Shown piece after piece: positions 27,688 to 38,177 of a stretch of DNA of 64,000 nucleotides; positions within the stretch are counted from its first letter, which is position 1; each line of letters opens with the position of its first letter. A program made the translations under genes and the position numbers. Under the pieces are notes generated by a model. It saw nothing but the letters and a program-made list of their open reading frames with translations, ran no database searches and had not been told where the DNA came from. The stretch comes from Cenarchaeum sp. (GTDB taxonomy: Archaea > Thermoproteota > Nitrososphaeria > Nitrososphaerales > Nitrosopumilaceae), in contig CBDESU010000001.1 of NCBI GenBank assembly GCA_965242695.1, forward strand, positions 1,856,001 to 1,920,000, read 5' to 3'.

Positions 27688-30600
27688 TTAGGTGCCGCCG
27701 CCCGCACCCTGTTTTGACGCGCGCATGCGCCTCTCTGTGAGGCGGCCGAGTTCGGCCCTGACAGCTCCCATCTGCCGCGCCATGCCTAGCGCCGCAAAGA
27801 CGGCTCTGTCGAGCCTTTTTCGATCCAACGTATCGCAGTATTCCGACCACGCGCCCTCCATCTTTTGCATCGCCTTCTGTGGAAGCTTGTCAAAGTCGGG
27901 CACCCGAGTCTTTGCCAGCACGTGGTTGTCTATGCGCAGGGCACCCCCGCCGAGGGGCGCAGCATTTTTTTCCATGTCTAGGGCAAAGAGTGAGGATGTA
28001 AAGTAGGCAAGGAATCCGTTCGTATGCGTTTTGACATCAGGAGTAAAATGGAGGTAAGTGTCAAGGGCTAGGTACGATCCACGCCCTTGTCCGCCCGCTC
28101 CATTCTCATACACCCTGATCGTTCGGTCGTTGATTCTGCTTATGAAGATCGGGGGCGGGGGAGGGGCCGGCAGAGAGTACCACGGATTTCTGTTTGCAAT
28201 AGTCGGCAGTTTGGGCAACAGGACACGGGTAGAACGTCCCCTCTTTTTTGGCAGAACTGTCATCCCTTCTCCGCGCTCAATATACTTTTTTACAAGGCGT
28301 CCGTGCGTAGTTTTTGCTAGCACACCTTTGCTATCCTGGACGACAAGGATGTATCGTACGGCATGCCTCACCTCAAGGCGTGGCAGCTCGCCGCCCGTCA
28401 CTACCGGTCGCAAATAGTCCGAATGTATCTTGTGATCTCTAGCGGCGTCTCGCGTCATGACAAAAAAGTCGTTACAGCCAGTCCCTATTCCACGCTTCAA
28501 GTGCCCTGTTGCATCAAGGCGTGTTGTGGGAAAAGGGGGGGGGGCGGTGGTCGGCCCATCAAAATATAGAGACCAGTCCTTCCCTACAAGGTTTGTCCCG
28601 GAGACGCGGGCGGCAATATCCAAGGATGGCGCCGCAAAATCCAAGTCGGATCCAACGTTGGCAAACAGGATGTCCCTATTTTCATCAGGAGATGTTCTCA
28701 TGAGTAATACTATTACGGTGGTTATGAGGGCATCGGAGAACACCTTGAATCTCGGAGATACCAATTCTTCTATTTGAGAATTGGAAAGAAGCATCTGCCT
28801 CAATGGTTCGCCGTATTTGGCGCGGAGCCAATTGTCGCTGGAGATAAACCCGAGCAGCCCTCCCTTGCACAAACGTCCCAGCGAGTGGTAGTAGAAATAT
28901 GTGCTCAGGTCGGCTGTTTTTGGAATGGCAAAGTCGCCCGGAAGTGTAAGCGGCATCATGTCCGGCAGTGTGGCCATCGCACGTTTAGTCGGGCCAGTTA
29001 GCAACTCCTGGCGCACGAACGGCGGATTGCCAATGATGACTGAAAACCCCGGGTTTTCACCTGCGAATACTGTAGGAAATGTCCGCTCCCAGTCTAGCCC
29101 ACCTTGATCAGTGTCCACCACAACGCTGTTGCCAACCACAATGTTGTTTGACAAGTCAGGAAGTTTTTCGCCATCGGCCGCTGTCAAGAGAAACAGGGAG
29201 AGGCGCGCAATGTCGACTGACTGAGGGTTTATGTCTATTCCGTATATACAGTTGCGAACAATCTCAGAAATACGCCCTGCATCTATAGACTGATCGAGGC
29301 CGTTGTCTTTTTCGTCGCCATTGTATTTATGGCGTACAATTTCTTCGTGGATCTTGATCAGTGTCCTAGCCGCACGTATCAGAAATGCACCCGACCCGCA
29401 TGCAGGATCAAGTATTCTTATGCGGTTCATGCGGTCATGAAGTCCATCAAGGTCACCGTTATACTCTTTTACAAGTCCAGCAGGATCCAGTGCATTCCCG
29501 CTCGGTGAAAGATATCTTATGATCGTGCGACTGCAAATGTACTCGGTCACATACTCTGGTGTGTAGAATATGCCCTCCCGCTTACGCGTCACGGCACTTC
29601 CATCTAGCAAAATATCCAGATCTGTTACTGAATTTTCGAATATATGGCCCAGTATATCGACACGTATTTGACTTTGAAAGTCGTACGAGGATATCTTTAG
29701 GAGATTGCCAATCACAGGGTTCAGGTTATTCACGCTACGCACCGCCTCTGCGATACGTGGTTTATACTCCCAAGAGTCGGCACCGTGACGGCTAGGATCT
29801 GGGCCCAGTTCGTCAAAAAATTCTTTTTTTCTTTTGTCGGGGAAGAATGCGAGCTTTTGTAATGACTTATCAAAGAGGCCACCGTTGAACGCAGTTATGT
29901 AAGGATCTGCTTGCCCAGTCTCGAATGCGGTGAACAGCTCTTCGACAATGTAGTTCCACACGCGTCGCGTGTTGGTCTTGACGTTGCCTTTTAGTATGCC
30001 CACAACGTCGTCGTCAAACATTCCGTCTTTCACCAAATTTGCATCTTCTGCGAAGAATACAAACATAAGGCGGTTAAGAAAAGTCTGCGCTGTAGAAACT
30101 GCATCGTTGTTTACAAGTCCCTTGTCCTTGAATTCATGTATAAGCATTAAGCGCGTCCTACTGTACAACTTGTAAAACTCGTCGGTGAGGCCCCGATCAG
30201 CGTCGGCGGACCTAGACTGTGCGACATATGGAAAGCCAGCTGCTAGTGATTGTATAGAGAATATCCCCAAAAATTCACGCAGTGCCTCAGAATTGTGCCG
30301 GATGGATTGGAAGTCAAAAATGTGATATTTTGTTAGTGCAAATTTTTTGGTAATCAGTACAAAATCCCTGTAGTTGGTGCATATGCCATATTCGGCGTTT
30401 GTACTCCCCATGTAATTCCATGTCTGCTTGACGGGAGTCTCATGTTCTTTTTTTTCTTTGTGCTGCGGCGTAAAGAGGTTTTTTGTAGACGTGCCTTTTA
30501 CCTCGATGCAGGCCACCGTCTTGCCCTTTTCAGCATAGGTAAAATCAACAAAATTCTCTTCGTGCTTTATCTGATCCTCATTATAACCAAGCAAGTCTAC

Positions 30601-30774
30601 GAGTATGATCTTAAAAAAGTTTATGTAGTTTTTCTTTTCGTTTTCTAATAGACCCTCGTCAAGCATTTTTAGCCATTTTTCGGCAGCGGAACGCTGCCGA
30701 GAGTTGACCACTGTGTTAGCACACATTTCCTTGACGGTGTGCGGATCCAACAGTCTCTCAATCACTTTAGTCAC
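27688..30774 (-). CDS. Type IIG-like restriction-modification enzyme, intact
   Basis: VDF...IEVKG nuclease motif, GIFYTP, ILDPACGSGAFL, GNPPF, TRD with GGGALRI; GGAGGTG at start; lower GC than backbone. Confidence 0.9.
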   Translation of the reverse strand: MTKVIERLLDPHTVKEMCANTVVNSRQRSAAEKWLKMLDEGLLENEKKNYINFFKIILVDLLGYNEDQIKHEENFVDFTYAEKGKTVACIEVKGTSTKNLFTPQHKEKKEHETPVKQTWNYMGSTNAEYGICTNYRDFVLITKKFALTKYHIFDFQSIRHNSEALREFLGIFSIQSLAAGFPYVAQSRSADADRGLTDEFYKLYSRTRLMLIHEFKDKGLVNNDAVSTAQTFLNRLMFVFFAEDANLVKDGMFDDDVVGILKGNVKTNTRRVWNYIVEELFTAFETGQADPYITAFNGGLFDKSLQKLAFFPDKRKKEFFDELGPDPSRHGADSWEYKPRIAEAVRSVNNLNPVIGNLLKISSYDFQSQIRVDILGHIFENSVTDLDILLDGSAVTRKREGIFYTPEYVTEYICSRTIIRYLSPSGNALDPAGLVKEYNGDLDGLHDRMNRIRILDPACGSGAFLIRAARTLIKIHEEIVRHKYNGDEKDNGLDQSIDAGRISEIVRNCIYGIDINPQSVDIARLSLFLLTAADGEKLPDLSNNIVVGNSVVVDTDQGGLDWERTFPTVFAGENPGFSVIIGNPPFVRQELLTGPTKRAMATLPDMMPLTLPGDFAIPKTADLSTYFYYHSLGRLCKGGLLGFISSDNWLRAKYGEPLRQMLLSNSQIEELVSPRFKVFSDALITTVIVLLMRTSPDENRDILFANVGSDLDFAAPSLDIAARVSGTNLVGKDWSLYFDGPTTAPPPFPTTRLDATGHLKRGIGTGCNDFFVMTRDAARDHKIHSDYLRPVVTGGELPRLEVRHAVRYILVVQDSKGVLAKTTHGRLVKKYIERGEGMTVLPKKRGRSTRVLLPKLPTIANRNPWYSLPAPPPPPIFISRINDRTIRVYENGAGGQGRGSYLALDTYLHFTPDVKTHTNGFLAYFTSSLFALDMEKNAAPLGGGALRIDNHVLAKTRVPDFDKLPQKAMQKMEGAWSEYCDTLDRKRLDRAVFAALGMARQMGAVRAELGRLTERRMRASKQGAGGGT
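28535..28544 (-). repeat. C10 homopolymer (G10 on + strand), in frame at the MTase/TRD junction
   Basis: aaaa-G10-cgg encoding APPPF. Confidence 0.9.
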
Positions 30775-30937
30775 CTCCTTTCATGAATAGATCGCCTTCC
30801 AAATGCCCACGATCCCGTACCGCGTGTGCCGTGCGCTACTAACCCGCGCCCAACGGGATCCTGGGCCGCGCCTGCCTGAAACGACGTGCTGTGCACGCTG
30901 TCTAGGCATGTCACTGGCGCCGCTACCAACATTGGCA

Positions 30938-33900
30938 TCATCGCTCCCCACCAACGATGAAAAAGTCCGTCGTCGTCAGGTCGTGGTAGTGCAGCTCGAC
31001 GACGTATATCCCGGGCGGCAGCGCTACCGCGGCGGCCTCGCTAAAGTGTCCCGACGCAGAGTCGCGCAGCGCGATCTCGTGGACGCGCGCGCCCGACTGG
31101 CCGTACACGTCGACGAACAGGTCCTCGCTCACGTCGAGCGTCTTTAGGACGGCTCCGGACACGACGAGCTGCCCCATCGAGTACTGCGCGTCGATTACGG
31201 CGGCGCGCGAGCGCTCGGGCAGGTACCGGTCTATGGCGGCGCGCAGCTCGCCGAGCTTGCCGGCGGCCCGCCCCGCCCCGCCCGACTCGAGCGCGGCCCG
31301 TATGTCCGACATTATCGGGTCTACGCGGGACATCGAGGCGGCGCTGCCGAACCGGTCGGCGAACGCCTCTAGCTCGGCAAACTCGCGCGCCACGTCGGAC
31401 GCGTCGGCGTCCGCCGCCGAGTACTCGAAGGACGGCTCGTCGGCCACGTACAGCAGGCGCGATGCGCTCGATCCCGACCACTCGAGCATCACGACGTACA
31501 GGCCCGGCTCGGCCGGCGCGTGCCACTGCGTGTAGAACGCCCCCTCGCGCGTGTCCGTGAACCGCAGGCCGCTGTGGACCGTAGAGTCGCCCCTGTACAC
31601 CGTGACGGTGATCTTTTCGCGCAGCGGCGAGGACTTGTCGAGGTGCCCCGACAGCACCCAGGTGTCGTGCCCCCCGTCGTAGTCTATGTCGTATATGATG
31701 CGCGGGTCGGTCGTGGCCAGGCGAGCCTCTAGGAACGCGCCGAGCTCGGCGAGCTTTTCCTCGGCGTCGACAAAGTTGCCATAGTCGGCCGCTTCGTACG
31801 CCTCGTCGCGCAGGCGCTCGTACTCGGCCGCATGCGGCGCAAAGTCGGCGCTGTAAAAGTTTGATGCGGCCGAGGCGAGCGCCTCGAGCCGCTTGCGCAC
31901 GTCGGCCTTCTTGAGCGACTCGATGCTGTGCCCCTCGCCGCCCGTGCCGCCTGCATCGGGGTCGGCCGCGTACGCCCCCGATACGGTCTGCCACTCGTCG
32001 AACAGCTCGCGCACCGCAGCGTCGGCCCCGTCGAGCTCGCCCGCAATGACCATGTTGCGCGCGTCCTCTAGGCGCGTCTCGATCGACGATGCAAAGTCGG
32101 CAAAGCCCGGGGCGAACCGGTTGCCGCGCATGCTCAGGTCGAGCAGGTTCTCGATCGACTTTGCGCGGCGCAGTATGTCGCCGGCGCGCAGGTCGTACGC
32201 GTCGTCCGAGTAGGCGTCGAGCTCGGCCCGTATCGTCGGCGCCGACTCGCTCGCCCACGCGAGCAGCACCTCGATGCGGTCTATGCGGGACGCCGAGGGG
32301 GTGCCCCTGTCCAGGCCGGCGGCCGAGTCTAGCACGCGCAGGGCGGTGCGTATCTTGGCGGCGTTGTCGTGGTCCGCCTGCAGCTCGGCCCTTGCGAGCA
32401 TCGACTCGTAGTCGAACCGCAGCGACTCGAGCGGGCTGCGCCTCTCGCGCAGCTCGGCCAGCGAGGCGTCGAACTCGGATACGATCGGCAGCATGTCCTC
32501 GACGGAGCCTGCCGCGCGCGCCCGCTTGAGGAGCGCCTCCCAGTCGTCGACCATGTCCGAGCCGGCGCCGTTCTCGCGCGCGATCTCGACGACCTTTGTT
32601 ATGCGCCCCGATATCTCGATTATACTCTTCATCTCGGCGGCGCGCCGCTCGGATGCGAGTATGTCGCCGACCGTGCGGGCCGACGACATCTCCTTGGCGA
32701 GCTGGTCCCACGCGGGCCGCACGATCTCGACTAGCGCGCCGCGGTCGATGCCGGGCAGAGCGGTCCCGGGGGGCCCTGAGGGCTGAGCCACGCCGTGCGT
32801 CCCCATGAACCTGCCGACTCCGTGGAGGTCGCGCAGTATGAGGGCGGCCCTGTGCAGGGCGTCGACGTCTCCGTGCGAGGCGAGTAGGGACTCGATGTCG
32901 GGCTGCATGGCAAGCGACTCGCCGAGCGGCGCCCACCTGTCCTGCACTATGGAGTAGAGCGTGCTGTTCCGGCGCGACGTGATGTCCAGGTAGCGCATCT
33001 TTGTGAGCATGTCGAGCATCTCGTCGAGCTCGTCGGCGTGGAGGGGGGCCGTGCCGCGGGCGAATATCAGCGCCAGCGCTTCCTTTACCTCGCCGCTCAG
33101 GGTGCTGCTCGTCTTTGTCATGAGGTTTTGTACGGACTGCTCGAGCTCGGCGTACGTGCGCGGCTTTGCCGCCTCTATCTTTACGGGGTCGACGTTCTGC
33201 ACGGACACGAGCGCATCGGAAAGCATCGAGACGGCCGTTGTGGCGTCGCCGAGCGCATAGTAGAAGGCAGCCTCGTGCGCGCCGGCGTCGATCTCGGCGG
33301 CCACCGTCGCCGACAGGTCGCCGTCGGCCACGAGGCGCGACGTCGCCGACAGGGTCGACTCTACGGCCGGCCGGAACGACGGATCTATCCCGTAGATCGC
33401 ATCGCCGTCCACATCCAGCGCCGCCCACAGGTCGGCGTATATGCCGGCCGCGTCCTGCACGGTCAGGCCACGGTCGGCCAGTCGGTCTGCGTACGAAGAG
33501 GTCGCCGCCGAGCCGCGGGACCCGTCCGAGAGCGAGTCGATGCGCTCCTGGACGATCGACCTTGCCGCCTGCAGCTGCGAGGCGGCCGTCGGAGCCTCCC
33601 GCAGTACGGGCGAGAGCGAGAACGACACGGCGGTGCGGTCGTCGCCGTAGAACAGGCGCACGTCGTACTCGCCCGGCACCCCGCAGGCGCGCCCCGTCAG
33701 GGGGACGGGCTCGCTCAGGAACTGCCCGCCGCTGAGCGGCGTGAGCTGCTGGATGCGGCAGATGCTCCCCTGCGGGTTGAACGCCTGCATGATCAGGTAG
33801 GAGCTGTCGTCGACCTGCGCGAGGCGCCCGAATACGAAGAACGAGTCGCCGCGCTCGTACTCGCCCGGCCCCGCAAGCAGCGCTATCCGGTCGGCCCCCT

Positions 33901-34054
33901 GGGCGGCGGCCTCGCCCGCCAGGGACGGAAGGGCGAGCAGGGCCGTGGCAGTTGCGGCCGCCGCAAGCACGGCCAGGGCGGCCTGGGCGGGGCGCGAGGG
34001 GCGGCCCCTGCGCGGGCGCGGCAGTCTCATGCGCGGCAGTGTGCGCATGGGCAT
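30938..34054 (-). CDS. Large secreted/surface thaumarchaeal protein
   Basis: Signal peptide, Ig-like beta ends, helical middle; 1038 aa with host codon bias. Confidence 0.8.
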   Translation of the reverse strand: MPMRTLPRMRLPRPRRGRPSRPAQAALAVLAAAATATALLALPSLAGEAAAQGADRIALLAGPGEYERGDSFFVFGRLAQVDDSSYLIMQAFNPQGSICRIQQLTPLSGGQFLSEPVPLTGRACGVPGEYDVRLFYGDDRTAVSFSLSPVLREAPTAASQLQAARSIVQERIDSLSDGSRGSAATSSYADRLADRGLTVQDAAGIYADLWAALDVDGDAIYGIDPSFRPAVESTLSATSRLVADGDLSATVAAEIDAGAHEAAFYYALGDATTAVSMLSDALVSVQNVDPVKIEAAKPRTYAELEQSVQNLMTKTSSTLSGEVKEALALIFARGTAPLHADELDEMLDMLTKMRYLDITSRRNSTLYSIVQDRWAPLGESLAMQPDIESLLASHGDVDALHRAALILRDLHGVGRFMGTHGVAQPSGPPGTALPGIDRGALVEIVRPAWDQLAKEMSSARTVGDILASERRAAEMKSIIEISGRITKVVEIARENGAGSDMVDDWEALLKRARAAGSVEDMLPIVSEFDASLAELRERRSPLESLRFDYESMLARAELQADHDNAAKIRTALRVLDSAAGLDRGTPSASRIDRIEVLLAWASESAPTIRAELDAYSDDAYDLRAGDILRRAKSIENLLDLSMRGNRFAPGFADFASSIETRLEDARNMVIAGELDGADAAVRELFDEWQTVSGAYAADPDAGGTGGEGHSIESLKKADVRKRLEALASAASNFYSADFAPHAAEYERLRDEAYEAADYGNFVDAEEKLAELGAFLEARLATTDPRIIYDIDYDGGHDTWVLSGHLDKSSPLREKITVTVYRGDSTVHSGLRFTDTREGAFYTQWHAPAEPGLYVVMLEWSGSSASRLLYVADEPSFEYSAADADASDVAREFAELEAFADRFGSAASMSRVDPIMSDIRAALESGGAGRAAGKLGELRAAIDRYLPERSRAAVIDAQYSMGQLVVSGAVLKTLDVSEDLFVDVYGQSGARVHEIALRDSASGHFSEAAAVALPPGIYVVELHYHDLTTTDFFIVGGER

Positions 34055-34238
34055 TTATGTTGATTGCGGGGCGCTAAGCGAGATCTCAACACTGGCCCCT
34101 TGTGACACTCTAGAGTGACAGCCTGCACCATGCGTGTGGTACGAAGTGTTGACGGACGATCACGTGATCATTCAGTTAGAACTTTTAAAGAGCCTAAGTA
34201 GTGAGCGGCCGTGAACATGACGCAGAAGGGCACGAGCC

Positions 34239-34344
34239 CACCATTAGGCCGTATGTCTAGCGACAGCGTAGCCGGTGCGAGCGCATGCAGACGCATGTGG
34301 CCGGCGACCTCACCACTAGGCCGTATGTCTAGCCACAGCGTAGC
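34239..34344. repeat. Two 34-bp direct repeats (2 mismatches) separated by 38 bp
   Basis: caccattaggccgtatgtctagcgacagcgtagc / caccactaggccgtatgtctagccacagcgtagc. Confidence 0.85.
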
Positions 34345-34380
34345 GGTTCAAAGACCACAGGCCCACCTTTGCCCCGCCGC

Positions 34381-34590
<210 letters not shown>

Positions 34591-34604
34591 GCGGCAGCAG
34601 GCAG

Positions 34605-34788
<184 letters not shown>

Positions 34789-35133
34789 CCACGCCGCATC
34801 TAGTCGTGGTCACCAACGACATGTAGGTGTGACACTCATCGGTGTCATACCAAGAAAAGAAGCTATTCGACCCGTGTGGGACAGTACAAACTGCCGGGTT
34901 GGCCAAAACCAACCAGCTACGACAAATCATCATATCCAACGCTCCACCATCATTCATTACAAAATAAATAATATAAGAAATTTGGAGTTTGTAGGACCCG
35001 AGCTAGGTGTTCAAATAGACAAAATTCTGTTAACTTCAATAGTGTCACAACGTAAAAATCATAATACAGTGTTGGTTATAGCACAATGTATACTTTACCG
35101 TGTTATAAACTCCAAGAAAAAAGGTGGCATGCT

Positions 35134-37908
35134 TTGACTGTAAGTGAATACGAAGGCAATTTGAACGGTAAGCTCTGTAGTTTATTAAAAAATTCAAATT
35201 TAAAAGCGGGAAAGGAAGTCAAGCGAGGAAGTGGACGTGTTGATATACTAGTTCTTTTTGAGGGGTACGATGTTGCGATAGAGTGCGAAAAAGATGGACC
35301 TAATAAAAAAACAAGTGCAATCAAAGATGCAATGTCGAGACTAGAACCAGGTCATGTTAATATCGCGTTTGCGGTAGTTTATCCGCCCGATTGCACAGAA
35401 GAGACGCTCGATCTAGACACGGTGCTAAAAGTCGTAGTGCTTGATCGAGATCATGTGGGTACCCTGCGGGGTCAAAAGTCTCTTAACGAGTACATAGGTC
35501 CAACTAAAGAAAAGCCAATAATTTGGATGGAGCGTTCGGTTAAAGATGTCATAGAGATGATACGATCTACGCATCGTGACCTTGGGAATCCAGACAGGAT
35601 TGTCAAAGATCTAAATTATACCTTAGACACTGCAACAAGCTATTTAACAGAAAACGAGTGTAGGCTATTGGGCGAATCGTTGAATCTTACAATGAAAAAG
35701 AAAGGGGGGTGGACACCTGCTGCAAAGCGAGCATTATTAGTAATAGCATCTGCGGCAATGTTTCATGCAAGACTAGATCCACATCTAGATACAATGAAAC
35801 CAATCGTAGATGCGAGAACGGGGACAAAGTTCAAAGGGAATTGGCCCCCTGCCTCCATACAAGAGTGCTATGAAGATGACAATACGCCGGCGCGTTTGTT
35901 AGACTCCTGGCAGTTGATTTTGGCTGTAGACTACAAACCGATATTCGAGGCGGGTCGTCATGTGTTAAAGTCGAATAACAGTACAAAATTTACACAAGCA
36001 GTGAAAATAACTATCAATTGGGCAAGATATGCAGTGGGACAACTCGGTGGACTCCGCCACGATATACTAGGACGCATATTTCACGCAATGTTAGAAGATG
36101 CAAAGTACGACGGATCGTTTTATACATCAGTCCCGTCAGCTATAGTTCTTGCAGGATTGGCATTACGTAATAAACAAGACATTCCGATGAAACTATCATC
36201 AATGAAAATAATAGATCCAGCCTGCGGAACCGGAACGTTACTTATGGCAGCGGCAGAAAGAATACGCGATATTTTAGGTGACAAATACAGTTCTAAAACA
36301 ATGATCGAAAAGGTGTTAACAGGAATTGATATTAATGTAACAGCTCTCCACATGGCGGCCACAACGCTAGGATTGATGTCACCAACGACACAGTTCAAAA
36401 ACATGAATGTGCGTATGGCGCCATTTGGACAACTAAGCGACACAGCAGTCGCCACGGGATCACTAGAGATGTATTCTCCAGAAGGGTTGTTGCCAAGTCA
36501 TGGTTTTTTAGTTCAGGATATTATGGATAGAGATCAATCGCTCCATATAGAAACGGGTCAAAAAGATGATTTTCAAATATACCATAACAGTGCAAATCTC
36601 GTAATAATGAATCCACCATTTACAAGAAGCGACATACGACACGACCAACTCGGCAAGGTTGTTGAAAAATTAGTAAAAAGTAGAGAAAAGTTAATATATA
36701 GAGGCGCACCGTTTAATCCGAGTCAAACATCTAGCGGACAAATGTTTTTGATGCTGGCAGAGAGGCTTGCTAATAAAAACAACAGTGTGGTAGCGTTAGT
36801 ACTTCCACTGACAGCATCGATGAATCCTACCACTCAAGAATTAAGGGCATTTCTTGCACAAAAATTTCACATTGAGACCATTGTGGTTTCTGATGATCCC
36901 GATCGATTTTGGTTTTCAGAGAACACAGATATCGCAGAAATGCTCATCGTGATGAGACGGAGTAGAAAGCCAAAACGGCACACAAATGTCATACATCTGG
37001 CAATAAATCCCAATACAGCAACAGATGCGGCAACATTAGTTAGCGACATATTGTCGAAAAAACCACGAAAGAATATACAAATTATCAAACAGTCGAAGAA
37101 GGCTACGGAGGCGGGAGATTGGTATGGCGTTCAATTTTTCTCACCATACTTGACAGAGTCATTTCTGCGCATCAGAGAAAGTGAACTCTTCAAGGCCACA
37201 CATCTCAAAAACATTGCGAGTGTCTCACCTAGCGGACGCCATCTTAGCATGTATGCCGAATGTAGTGATGTGTCCGGCAAATACGGATGGCGTTCATTAT
37301 ATAATAACAAGACATCCATATTAAAATCTATAGAAGCAAGCCCATATACATACGTTGTTCCAAAAAAAGGAAAACTTAAAAAAGCTGAGGAGTATTGGGC
37401 AAGTAGATCAATCCTCTTAGTACCGATATTTGTACAGCCAAATTTGGCACGTCCAACTGCTGTAATTTCAACAGTTCCTACGATTGGTGTATCGTGGACA
37501 TCTGTCAGACCTTACGAATCATCACGTAAGAAAGAATGGTCGTTAGCAATGGCCATGTATTTTAATTCTACAATTGGCATCGTATCACTTTTGGGGGTAC
37601 GCATTCCAAAAAAACCGCTCTTTCCTAGATTTTCAGTCGAGAACCATGCTAAAATACCAATCCCAATATTGTCACCAAAACAGATTGATGATCTAGCAGA
37701 TGCGTATAAAAATTTTGCGACGAAAAAAATAGGCTTGTGGCGTGAAAGTGACGACCCTGTTCGATCAGGCATTGATGCAGTCGTGAGCTCATCTTTAAAA
37801 ATTAATATTGAATACGTAAACAATATGAGATTTGAGCTGTCACGTGAACCGATGTGTACTGGTGAACGCTACCAGCCAATATTGAATTATAAAGTAATTC
37901 AAAAATGA
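35134..37908 (+). CDS. Type IIG/IIL-like fused restriction endonuclease-N6 adenine methyltransferase
   Basis: GRVDIL...AIECEK PD-(D/E)xK, GSFYTS, IIDPACGTGTLL, MNPPF, C-terminal TRD; strongly AT-rich; TTG 35134 after AGGTGG (ATG 35086 alternative). Confidence 0.85.
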   Translation: MTVSEYEGNLNGKLCSLLKNSNLKAGKEVKRGSGRVDILVLFEGYDVAIECEKDGPNKKTSAIKDAMSRLEPGHVNIAFAVVYPPDCTEETLDLDTVLKVVVLDRDHVGTLRGQKSLNEYIGPTKEKPIIWMERSVKDVIEMIRSTHRDLGNPDRIVKDLNYTLDTATSYLTENECRLLGESLNLTMKKKGGWTPAAKRALLVIASAAMFHARLDPHLDTMKPIVDARTGTKFKGNWPPASIQECYEDDNTPARLLDSWQLILAVDYKPIFEAGRHVLKSNNSTKFTQAVKITINWARYAVGQLGGLRHDILGRIFHAMLEDAKYDGSFYTSVPSAIVLAGLALRNKQDIPMKLSSMKIIDPACGTGTLLMAAAERIRDILGDKYSSKTMIEKVLTGIDINVTALHMAATTLGLMSPTTQFKNMNVRMAPFGQLSDTAVATGSLEMYSPEGLLPSHGFLVQDIMDRDQSLHIETGQKDDFQIYHNSANLVIMNPPFTRSDIRHDQLGKVVEKLVKSREKLIYRGAPFNPSQTSSGQMFLMLAERLANKNNSVVALVLPLTASMNPTTQELRAFLAQKFHIETIVVSDDPDRFWFSENTDIAEMLIVMRRSRKPKRHTNVIHLAINPNTATDAATLVSDILSKKPRKNIQIIKQSKKATEAGDWYGVQFFSPYLTESFLRIRESELFKATHLKNIASVSPSGRHLSMYAECSDVSGKYGWRSLYNNKTSILKSIEASPYTYVVPKKGKLKKAEEYWASRSILLVPIFVQPNLARPTAVISTVPTIGVSWTSVRPYESSRKKEWSLAMAMYFNSTIGIVSLLGVRIPKKPLFPRFSVENHAKIPIPILSPKQIDDLADAYKNFATKKIGLWRESDDPVRSGIDAVVSSSLKINIEYVNNMRFELSREPMCTGERYQPILNYKVIQK

Positions 37909-38177
37909 CAATTAAGTAGTCACATATTTTGAAATTACAAAATACATGCCTGTCATAATTTTAACTTGGTTTTAAATAAAAAATTGTTTACAAGAGATTT
38001 TTAGGCACGCCTGACAGTTGTCAAAACATTTTAAGAGTCATCATCAGTTAAACAAAATTATGGATATTTTTAGCCACAGGTTTCTGTGACGTCCGATTAT
38101 TCCGAGCTGAATACTAGAAGATCAGATTACTAACGACGTTATGTAACCCGCACTTTTGCTGACGGTCAAAGTGATAC

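Noticed and set aside
34239-34344. Bona fide CRISPR array
   Set aside because: Only two imperfect repeats, no cas genes and no typical repeat end motif; kept only as a low-confidence finding
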